Shown one piece after another: positions 1-7,056 of a stretch of 64,000 nt of DNA (its first letter is position 1; every line of letters begins with the position of its first letter). The notes under the pieces are model-generated. The model had not been told where the DNA came from. It made no database searches and saw only the letters and a program-made list of their open reading frames with translations. The stretch comes from Patescibacteria group bacterium (GTDB lineage: Bacteria; Patescibacteriota; WWE3; JAMCXX01; JBBTUG01): NCBI GenBank assembly GCA_038063895.1, contig JBBTUG010000012.1:78165-142164 (forward strand), given 5' to 3'. A program made the position numbers and the translations under genes.

Positions 1-699
1 ACTCGGATATAGCTCTATTATCTTTATCCCGTTCTTCTTTGCAAGAAGTGTTTTTCTCTTAAATAGTCGGTCGTATCTTTTTAATACTCCTTTTAGACCA
101 ACGAACTCTACCCAGTACTTCCCTTTAACTACAAAGTCGGCTGAAAATTTCCTTTGATTGGGATAATAAACATCCTTGAGGTGTTGAATATTATTTCTCG
201 TGAGAAAATCATCAATTATCTTTTCGCTTAGTGAGTTACAGATATGACCGTCTTTAGCCAACCACCTTTTCGCGAAAAGAACTGGATTCGGTTTAAACCC
301 GGAAGCTAAAATAGCTTTATTCCAGCTCCCAAAAACTCTTCTGAACGGCTGCCAATGGTTATAAAATTCACGTTTTGTGGGAATACGTCCAACTTTCTTC
401 CGAAAGGCTTTTATCTCGTTGATAAGTTGGTTCCTTGTGTATTTAATTTTAAATTTATACGGGGCGTTTCTCCCGCCCCTGCGACACGCATCCTTAAACT
501 GTTCTTCGGTTAGACTTTTGCGAAGTTTTATGATCCCGCGTTGCATTAAATAAAGGTGCTGTCTTCCGGTAAGTTTTATACCCTTTGTATAAACGAAGGC
601 AGTACCTAACCCTATCCCAAGCATCATAGCAACATCGCGATGGGATTTTCCAGCTCTGCGCAAAATACGTGCTTTTCTCTTAGTACTTGGTTTTAGCAC
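1..699 (-). CDS. Partial CDS running off the window edge: HTH + HEAR (homing-endonuclease-associated repeat) + C-terminal PD-(D/E)xK-like nuclease domain. Start probably the GTG at 699.
   Basis: Manual minus-strand translation gives ...TKREFYNHWQPFRRVFGSWNKAILASGFKPN (HEAR-type FGSWNxAL motif) followed by ...KFSADFVVKGKYWVEFVGLKGVLKRYDRLFKRKTLLAKKNGIKIIELYPS (D...E.VG...K nuclease-like). The open frame continues to position 1. It is not in the ORF track because there is no stop inside the window. Confidence 0.55.
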   Translation of the reverse strand, partial: MLKPSTKRKARILRRAGKSHRDVAMMLGIGLGTAFVYTKGIKLTGRQHLYLMQRGIIKLRKSLTEEQFKDACRRGGRNAPYKFKIKYTRNQLINEIKAFRKKVGRIPTKREFYNHWQPFRRVFGSWNKAILASGFKPNPVLFAKRWLAKDGHICNSLSEKIIDDFLTRNNIQHLKDVYYPNQRKFSADFVVKGKYWVEFVGLKGVLKRYDRLFKRKTLLAKKNGIKIIELYPS

Positions 700-772
700 T
701 ATTTCAATATACCAAAAATAAACCGAAAATGCTAGTTGTCTATATGCAAGATTTATGGTAACTTTTAAAGAG

Positions 773-848
773 CGGGGTGTAGTTCAACTAGCAGAACGCA
801 CGCATGGGGTGCGTGAGGCACCCGGGGCAGCACCGGGCACCCCGACCA
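773..848 (+). tRNA. tRNA-Pro(GGG)-like cloverleaf with encoded CCA but a non-canonical T-loop (GGCAGCA); possibly a degenerate tRNA or tRNA-like element
   Basis: Four perfect Watson-Crick stems: acceptor cggggtg/caccccg with C1:G72, D-stem gttc/gaac, anticodon stem cacgc/gcgtg, T-stem cccgg/ccggg. Anticodon loop is aU-GGG-gu with U33 and G37, discriminator A73, then CCA. The T-loop lacks the T54-Psi55 and A58 positions and the D-loop has A18 instead of G18. Confidence 0.5.
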
Positions 849-858
849 AGCCTACAAA

Positions 859-1998
859 ATGGACTTAATTTTCCAAGATAGTAAAAAACGAATAATCGAT
901 AAGAAAGAGGCTGTTCCTTTTACTTTAGATGATTCAGGTTTTTACCTGGTAGGCGTCGCCGCACGCGCCAAAGATGAAAAACAAGTAGGCGGTACCGACG
1001 ACGATGACCTTAGAATCGAGTTAGATAAAACAACGTTTCCCCAACTTACCAACTTAAATCGGTATTTAGATTCACCGGCTGCATTCTCTGGAGGCAAACT
1101 CAGAGACCGTAAGCAACATGTGCTCACATTAACGAACCTTCAGAAAGGTACCCATAACCTTACATTAATCCCGGACGGTTCTCCAACCTTGGAAGAAATT
1201 AATATCTGGAAGCTCCCTTCCCAAAGCACCCTCGAACTAAAAATGAATAATACCGCCGAGGATGGAAACCGTCGGCCTTGGGTGGTGTTTATCTTATTAA
1301 ACGCTTCCCTTGGAGAGTTTTCAGTCGATCTGACCCTAAAACGCCGATTTATTGATAGTGATGATGTAAAAATAGCTGTTGATGGTGTCATTATCAGAAA
1401 CAACCGAAGTGTTCTTCATAAATTTTGGTATTTCATAGCTTCTTTATTCGGCCAGGAAATTAAAAGCAACACGTTTAAAACCAAATTAGCTATCGGACTT
1501 CATTACATCGAGTTATGGGCAGATCGAATGCCAACCCTTAATTCAATCACGTTTAGGGATCTAATATTCCCCCAATCAGAAGAAAAAGACCCCGTAGAAA
1601 TTATCAAAGATAAGATTATAGCCATGGCTAGAGAATACGGTTTCGACCCTGAAATGATGCTTCGGGTAGCAAAAAAAGAATCTCAATTCAATCCCCGAGC
1701 CGTCTCTCCCGCTGGAGCTAAAGGACTTTTTCAACTAATGCCAATTACAATTGATCAAATTAATAATTTAGGTTACGAGGTTAGCGATGTTTTTAATGTT
1801 GATCAAAACATTAAAGGCGCAATGATTTACTTCCAGTGGCTTTCAGGGATGTACCCCAAGGATGAAGAGTACTGGGAAAAGATCATGGCTGCTTGGAATT
1901 GGGGGCAAGGAAACTTTCCCAAAGAAGGACCGCTAGGTGCGTGGAAACCCGTTCCAAACGAAACTATTAACTTTATAAATTACGTTTTAAATAGATGA
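859..1998 (+). CDS. Two-domain protein with no signal peptide: conserved N-terminal domain of unknown function (~250 aa, paralogous to 56940..58301) plus a C-terminal lytic transglycosylase / SLT lysozyme-like domain
   Basis: C-terminus has the classic SLT motif ...KKESQFNPRAVSPAGAKGLFQLMPIT...AYN-like. N-terminal region aligns with the ORF at 56940..58301 (MxLIFxD..KR.I, ARAK.EKQ.G, DSPAA.SGGK, AEDGxRRPW, KRxxDSDDxKIxVDG, FWYF, GLHYxExxADRMP). Confidence 0.8.
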   Translation: MDLIFQDSKKRIIDKKEAVPFTLDDSGFYLVGVAARAKDEKQVGGTDDDDLRIELDKTTFPQLTNLNRYLDSPAAFSGGKLRDRKQHVLTLTNLQKGTHNLTLIPDGSPTLEEINIWKLPSQSTLELKMNNTAEDGNRRPWVVFILLNASLGEFSVDLTLKRRFIDSDDVKIAVDGVIIRNNRSVLHKFWYFIASLFGQEIKSNTFKTKLAIGLHYIELWADRMPTLNSITFRDLIFPQSEEKDPVEIIKDKIIAMAREYGFDPEMMLRVAKKESQFNPRAVSPAGAKGLFQLMPITIDQINNLGYEVSDVFNVDQNIKGAMIYFQWLSGMYPKDEEYWEKIMAAWNWGQGNFPKEGPLGAWKPVPNETINFINYVLNR

Positions 1999-2618
1999 AA
2001 ATACCTCTCTTTCCGACATTTTTGTTGTTTTCGGTGATTACAGTAAGTTCAGTAACCTTTTGGTTTTATGTCGCGACATTGTATCAAACTTCAAACAAAG
2101 CCAGCGTCACCCCCAAGTCTAACTCTCTAACTCAGGAAGTAATAGTGAACTTAAAAGAGAAAGGGCAGGTAATACCAATTAGGATTAAATCCTACGTGAC
2201 AGATAACTTTGAAGGTAAAACAGACATATTTGTTAATTCGGACAGCACTATACTAACCTCACTACACGGACTACTTCAAAATTCATATGCTATTGACATC
2301 GAAAATAACGGAGATGAAGAGCTGGTTGTTGGTGTTGTCTCCGGGAAGTTAGGTAACACAACCTTCTACCGTTATCAGAATGATCAATTAATACCAGTAC
2401 CAACTCACACTGGAAAACAGGAAGGCTTATCCGGTACCACCTCCTACCACTTTCCTCGATTTAAAGACATCGACAGCGATGGGGTCTTGGAAATGCTTTC
2501 TTACCATACTGCTTTCCCATTCGACGAAATAGGGGGACTGGAAGTTTACAAGTTCAACGGAATGAAATTTATGAAAATTGATGAGTATGAGGAGACTACC
2601 CAAGATTTCTATTTGTAA
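1995..2618 (+). CDS. Membrane-anchored protein (N-terminal TM / signal anchor) with FG-GAP-like repeats; candidate partner or immunity protein for the upstream lysozyme-like gene
   Basis: N-terminus MKIPLFPTFLLFSVITVSSVTFWFYV is hydrophobic. DIENNGDEELVVGVV and DIDSDGVLEMLSY are D.D.DG..-type FG-GAP-like motifs. The ATGA start/stop overlap with the upstream gene indicates an operon. Confidence 0.6.
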   Translation: MKIPLFPTFLLFSVITVSSVTFWFYVATLYQTSNKASVTPKSNSLTQEVIVNLKEKGQVIPIRIKSYVTDNFEGKTDIFVNSDSTILTSLHGLLQNSYAIDIENNGDEELVVGVVSGKLGNTTFYRYQNDQLIPVPTHTGKQEGLSGTTSYHFPRFKDIDSDGVLEMLSYHTAFPFDEIGGLEVYKFNGMKFMKIDEYEETTQDFYL

Positions 2619-2647
2619 CTAACAACCGAATAAAGAATATTTAATAA

Positions 2648-3136
2648 ATGATCACCGACACCTATCCTCCATTCCTCGAAAAAATATTGTCCGGTCTTAA
2701 TGACAAAAAGGTTGAGGTGACTGATATGGAAATGGATCACATCGGCTATCAGACTGCATCCGGCCTCGAATATGAAAAGATGTTACCAGAGGTTGCCAAG
2801 CTTGGTCCGCAAATTCATGAGGCCGTTGTTCGGGGGCGGCGGGTCGCCATCTTTAAACTGAACGAGAAACTCAACTACCGAAATTACTTCATCAGCGCGA
2901 TAGAAGTAATTGAACCTTTAGCCGGGCAAGTGTGCAATTCAGGCTGGGAACATGCCGAATTCGTCATCGGAAACTCTTTTGAGACTTTTCTTAAGAAATA
3001 CCCAACGGTTGACTGGGACATCAGCGCGATAAATCAGGACACCTTCCCGATGATAAAACTTAAACTGGAAAACGGCCTCCAAGCCAAATTCCACCTCAAA
3101 CCTGTCTTAGAAATAATTCGGGATATTAAATCATGA
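2648..3136 (+). CDS. Hypothetical protein, possibly VOC/YecM-like metal-binding fold
   Basis: 162 aa ORF containing a DHIGYQTAS motif; 4-nt overlap with the downstream HD gene. The family assignment is weak. Confidence 0.4.
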   Translation: MITDTYPPFLEKILSGLNDKKVEVTDMEMDHIGYQTASGLEYEKMLPEVAKLGPQIHEAVVRGRRVAIFKLNEKLNYRNYFISAIEVIEPLAGQVCNSGWEHAEFVIGNSFETFLKKYPTVDWDISAINQDTFPMIKLKLENGLQAKFHLKPVLEIIRDIKS

Positions 3137-4134
3137 AATACTCGGATCGGGTTTACGGGCAATTCAACATTACCGAACCGGTGATTTTAGAACTGATTAA
3201 TTGCCCGGCCATTCAAAGATTGAAAAAGATCGATCAGGCCGGCTACAAACCGCTTTGGGCAAAGCCGGAAACCAGGGTCAATGGCACAGAAGCCAGCCGT
3301 TTCGCCCATTCCGTAGGTGTTTTTATTCTTCTCAACAAATATCAGGCTCCCTTAGAAGAGCAAATAGCCGGCTTAATCCACGATGTCTCTCATTCGGCAT
3401 TTTCCCACTGTATTGACTATGTTTTGGATTCCGGTTCGGAAAAAGAACACACCCACCAGGACAGGCTCTTTCCCAGTTTTGTCCGTAAATCGGGGATACC
3501 GAAAATACTCGAAAAATACGGGTTCGCTCTGGATTATATTTTAGATGACGGAAATTTTCCGTTAAAGGAAAAAGAGTTGCCGGATCTCTGTGCCGACCGG
3601 ATTGATTATTCGCTGAGAGAAGCCGTTATTTATAATGAGCTGGGTGAAAAAGACCGTAATTATCTTCTAGATTCATTAACCGTAAAAGATAACTACTGGG
3701 TATTCAGCAGTTTTGAGAGCGGAAAAAAATACGCAGAGCTGTTCTTCCAATTAAATACAATCTATTTCTCCGGCCTTCCATCGGCAGTAATGTTTCGGGC
3801 GGTTGGCGATTGCCTGAAATACGCCTTAAAAGTAGGTTACCTTTCGGAAAACGACCTCTACACTACCGATGAAAAGGTTCTGGGGAAAATTAGAAATAAG
3901 GTGGATTCGGACGGGAAATTGAGTGTACTTTGGGACCGGATGAACGGTGTCATCAAAGCCCACAATGACCCAAGCGATTATGAATCAACAGTTTTTTGTA
4001 AATCCAGAATAGTCGATCCTTTATTCCTTAATGGCACAAAAGTGCAAAGGTTATCGGAAACTAAGCCGGAGTGGAAAAAGGTCGTCGAGCGGGAATCGAA
4101 ACCAAAACAATATTTTTTGAAATTTGAAAGGTAA
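3133..4134 (+). CDS. HD-superfamily phosphohydrolase (COG1078 / dNTP triphosphohydrolase-like)
   Basis: RFAHSVGV...LIHDVSHSAFSH...CADRIDYSLRE matches the H..HD..H..D metal-binding pattern of dGTPase-like HD proteins. Confidence 0.75.
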   Translation: MKYSDRVYGQFNITEPVILELINCPAIQRLKKIDQAGYKPLWAKPETRVNGTEASRFAHSVGVFILLNKYQAPLEEQIAGLIHDVSHSAFSHCIDYVLDSGSEKEHTHQDRLFPSFVRKSGIPKILEKYGFALDYILDDGNFPLKEKELPDLCADRIDYSLREAVIYNELGEKDRNYLLDSLTVKDNYWVFSSFESGKKYAELFFQLNTIYFSGLPSAVMFRAVGDCLKYALKVGYLSENDLYTTDEKVLGKIRNKVDSDGKLSVLWDRMNGVIKAHNDPSDYESTVFCKSRIVDPLFLNGTKVQRLSETKPEWKKVVERESKPKQYFLKFER

Positions 4135-4168
4135 CCGGCTAATACTCAACTTCCCACGCTAGCAAAAA

Positions 4169-4468
4169 ATGGTCAAACAGCTAAAACAGCCTAAACGGAT
4201 TAACTGGCACTTCGTTTATCTTCTAAAATGCTCTGATCGAACGCTATACTGCGGCTCAACTAATAATTTTCAGCGGCGGCTGAGGGAACACAATAAAGGA
4301 ACAGCAGCCCGCTACACCCGCGGCCGGCTTCCGGTAAAACTGGTTTATCTTGAAAAGCACAGTACGCTCTTATCAGCCAGAGGACGAGAACAAGAAATCA
4401 AAGGTTGGACAAAAAGAAAGAAACTGACGTTGATTAAAGATAATGCTCATGAATCTTTAAATAGATAA
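4169..4468 (+). CDS. GIY-YIG nuclease family protein (UPF0213/YhbQ-like)
   Basis: WHFVYLLKCSDRTLYCGSTNNFQRRLREHN...ARYTRGRLPVKLVYLE...EIKGWTKRKKLTLI is the canonical small GIY-YIG layout. Confidence 0.8.
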   Translation: MVKQLKQPKRINWHFVYLLKCSDRTLYCGSTNNFQRRLREHNKGTAARYTRGRLPVKLVYLEKHSTLLSARGREQEIKGWTKRKKLTLIKDNAHESLNR

Positions 4469-4472
4469 AAAA

Positions 4473-4504
4473 AGCTCCGAGTCTTGCTTAGCAAGTCGGA
4501 GCTC
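4473..4504. terminator. Bidirectional intrinsic terminator hairpin between convergent genes
   Basis: Imperfect inverted repeat agctccgagtcttgc-ttag-caagtcggagct. On the minus strand it is followed by TTTTTTATCTAT (strong U-tract). On the plus strand it is followed by cattt (weaker). Confidence 0.55.
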
Positions 4505-4590
4505 ATTTAACCTGAATTTTGCGGGCGAAGATCAACCCTTCGACAAGCTCAGGATTGTGCTGAGCAAAGTCGAAGCACAAGGAACAAAAA

Positions 4591-4630
4591 TCAAGAAGCT
4601 CAAGACTTCAAGATTCAAGCTCCAAGAACC
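4591..4630. repeat. Degenerate short tandem repeats (TCAAGA)n in the 3' region of the GC-rich gene
   Basis: tcaagaagc/tcaagact/tcaagat/tcaagc/tccaagaacc: five units with period 6-9 nt. Confidence 0.6.
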
Positions 4631-4632
4631 AC

Positions 4633-5535
4633 CTACCGCACGAAACCGGACGCCGACCCACAGTCACCGCTGGCATCACCAAGCCATCTGCGGTAGAACC
4701 TGAGCCGACCGCCACTGAAGCAGAAGCACAGGCCGGACTCGAACTCCGCGCCGCCCCCGGATCGATACTCGTCACCCGAACAATCAATGGCCAGGTGCTC
4801 GTACTTCTCGAGGTTCTCGAGGCGCTTCGGGTTGGTGAGAAGAACGTGCCCCACCACCCAAGCGGGTAACGGAAACTCGGTCGTACCGCGCTCCATTTCC
4901 CAACGGGCGTTCCGTGGGCTGTAACCACCCCACTTTTGACCGGTTTGGGCGGCCAACACCAGAAAATCTCCTGGTTGTTCCTTCTCGAGCTTGGCAATGG
5001 CGTCAATTGCCAACTGCCGCATCCGTACCCGGTCAGCTGTCAACTCACCGGCGCGGTAGTTGTGAAACTGCCGCTGACGGGCGAGGTGAGCCAGAACCGT
5101 GCTCTCGAGCATTTGCCCGTAGCCCTCACCGTACGGATTCTCGATTCCGAGCTCCACCGCGACGCGGCTAAGCTTGGGAATGATGAACAAGCCGTCGGCG
5201 GCCTGAGGAACCGCAATTCCCTTGGCCACTTCAACAACGTGTGATGCGTCAAGGTAAGGGTAAAAGTCTTGCAAGACCTTCTGTTGATCAAAGATCGTCG
5301 TGGGACTCCAGCCCTTCGGGTAGAAGTAGCGGACCTCCGTCTTCTCCCTGGCGAACGGATTAGCCATCTCCCCGATAACCTTGACGAGTAACTCGCGGGG
5401 GATTGTGCCGTTGCCGATTCTGAGAAGAAAATCAAAGTTCTCCAACCACCTTTGAATCTCCGTCGGACCAAAATTGTGCTCGTCGAAGCGCTCGATTAAC
5501 GCCTTCAACGGGCCCCAGATAAATTGAGTAGCCAT
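4633..5535 (-). CDS. Hypothetical protein (300 aa) of unknown family encoded in a markedly GC-rich (~58-60%) segment; probably horizontally acquired
   Basis: Long ORF; several long antisense ORFs in the same segment are a typical high-GC artefact. Flanks are 38-45% GC. The C-terminal tail is low complexity (GGGAEFESGLCFCFSGG...). Confidence 0.6.
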   Translation of the reverse strand: MATQFIWGPLKALIERFDEHNFGPTEIQRWLENFDFLLRIGNGTIPRELLVKVIGEMANPFAREKTEVRYFYPKGWSPTTIFDQQKVLQDFYPYLDASHVVEVAKGIAVPQAADGLFIIPKLSRVAVELGIENPYGEGYGQMLESTVLAHLARQRQFHNYRAGELTADRVRMRQLAIDAIAKLEKEQPGDFLVLAAQTGQKWGGYSPRNARWEMERGTTEFPLPAWVVGHVLLTNPKRLENLEKYEHLAIDCSGDEYRSGGGAEFESGLCFCFSGGRLRFYRRWLGDASGDCGSASGFVR

Positions 5536-5649
5536 TTGGCCATCTCCTTTCTTTTCTCCTAAATTTTGGTGCTAATTAATAAGAGTGCTAAACCGAATAC
5601 CTGCCCTCCTTTCTTTATCTGCTGCCATATGAAAACAGATAGAACCGAC

Positions 5650-5682
5650 TATAGAATAATAAAAAAACGGGAATTTGTCAAC
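5650..5682 (-). promoter_or_regulatory. Candidate sigma70-like promoter for the GC-rich gene
   Basis: Minus strand reads TTGACA-aattcccgtttttttat-TATTCT about 110 nt upstream of the start at 5535. Confidence 0.3.
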
Positions 5683-5691
5683 TATAAGATA

Positions 5692-6144
5692 TTAGCGTTT
5701 TGACCACTGGGGTTTGCGGCGGGCGCGAAGGTGCCCGTACTTTTTTCTTTCCTTCATTCGGGAATCCCGGGTTAAAAGCTTCTCGGTCTTCAGTAAAGCC
5801 CTGAATTCGGGATTAAATTCGACCAAAGCCCGGGACAACCCGTGCGTAACGGCTTCCAGCTGGGAGTAAATTCCCCCGCCGCGAACTTTAATTGAGCCGG
5901 TAAATTTTCCCAAGACATCCGTAATTTGAAACGGCCGGAGATAAGAAGCCTCAGCCTGTTCCCGGGTCACGGAATGAAAATAAGCCGCAATCGGTAACCC
6001 GTTAACAACCATGCCCGCACCAGCCCCTTTGCCTTTTTCGAAAAGCCAAACCCGGGCCACCGAGGTTTTCCGCCGGCCCGTACCCGAGAAAAATTTTCCT
6101 TTGACAGGCTTCTCCGCCGTAACTGTTGTTTTTTCTTTAACCAT
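5692..6144 (-). CDS. rpsI: 30S ribosomal protein S9
   Basis: GRRKTSVARV...ends RKKYGHLRARRKPQWSKR. Confidence 0.9.
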   Translation of the reverse strand: MVKEKTTVTAEKPVKGKFFSGTGRRKTSVARVWLFEKGKGAGAGMVVNGLPIAAYFHSVTREQAEASYLRPFQITDVLGKFTGSIKVRGGGIYSQLEAVTHGLSRALVEFNPEFRALLKTEKLLTRDSRMKERKKYGHLRARRKPQWSKR

Positions 6145-6574
6145 TCGTCTCCTTCACGTTCGCGAATACTACCTTTTGCGGAATCTTATCGTCAACATAA
6201 AGATGCAATCGGGCGAGCCGGGTAGCCCGGAATTTATTATCCGGCAACATCCCCAAAACAGCCTTGCGCAAGACCTCTGTCGGACGGCGGACAAAAAGCT
6301 TTCCGTAAGTTTCCTTTTTTAAACCGCCGGGATAGCCGGAATAACGGTAATATGTTTTGTCCTTTTCTTTTGCTCCGGTTACCTTGATCTTACCAATATT
6401 AGTTACCACCACACAGTGACCCAAGTCCAGATAATTAACGTAACGGACCTCATTTTTCCCCATCAGTAATTTACTGATTTCAACCGCAAGCCGGCCCAAG
6501 ATACGCCCTCGGCCGTCGAGCAAATACCACTTCCGGGAAACTTCTTTGATCTTTAACGGCTTAGTTTTAATCAT
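6137..6574 (-). CDS. rplM: 50S ribosomal protein L13
   Basis: KWYLLDGRGRILGRLAVEISKLLMGK is the L13 N-terminal signature. Confidence 0.9.
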   Translation of the reverse strand: MIKTKPLKIKEVSRKWYLLDGRGRILGRLAVEISKLLMGKNEVRYVNYLDLGHCVVVTNIGKIKVTGAKEKDKTYYRYSGYPGGLKKETYGKLFVRRPTEVLRKAVLGMLPDNKFRATRLARLHLYVDDKIPQKVVFANVKETNG

Positions 6575-6576
6575 AG

Positions 6577-7047
6577 TTATTTGGTTGTCTTTTTCTTTAA
6601 CTTAGTTTTTTCCCCGAGAGCCGGACTTTTTACTTTTGCCGGTTTCTTTTCTTTAGCTTTGTTCTTTTTTGCCGGAGCTTCTTTTTTCGAAAGGGCAGTC
6701 ACCCATTCTAAACGGGCCATTTCCGCCCCATCCCCTCGGCGCGGCCCGAGCTTTATTAAACGGGTAAAACCGCTTTTCGTCGAGGAAAGGAGCGGGATGT
6801 CGTGAGTAAAAAAATGCGCGGCCGCTGCTTTTTCAGTGAAAGAGTTATAGAGCTGACGGCGGCTGGCTAACGTCTGGCGGCTGGCGGACGAAATTAGGGA
6901 CTCGAGCGGAGCCTGAAGGTATTTTGCCTTAGCCAAAGTCGTCGTCAACTTCCCGTTCTTAGCGAATGCGGTTATCAGATTTTTAAGAAGAAGGGCTCGG
7001 TGATCCGGCTTCCGATTTAGTTTTTTCTTATCGATTCGGTGGCGCAT
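6577..7047 (-). CDS. rplQ: 50S ribosomal protein L17 with a Lys/Ala-rich C-terminal extension
   Basis: MRHRIDKKKLNRKPDHRALLLKNL... is the L17 signature. Confidence 0.9.
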   Translation of the reverse strand: MRHRIDKKKLNRKPDHRALLLKNLITAFAKNGKLTTTLAKAKYLQAPLESLISSASRQTLASRRQLYNSFTEKAAAAHFFTHDIPLLSSTKSGFTRLIKLGPRRGDGAEMARLEWVTALSKKEAPAKKNKAKEKKPAKVKSPALGEKTKLKKKTTK

Positions 7048-7056
7048 GGCTGATTT

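Noticed and set aside
4608-5471. Several 85-143 aa ORFs on both strands inside 4633..5535
   Set aside because: Typical antisense and out-of-frame open frames of high-GC DNA; the 300-aa frame is the only one spanning the segment.
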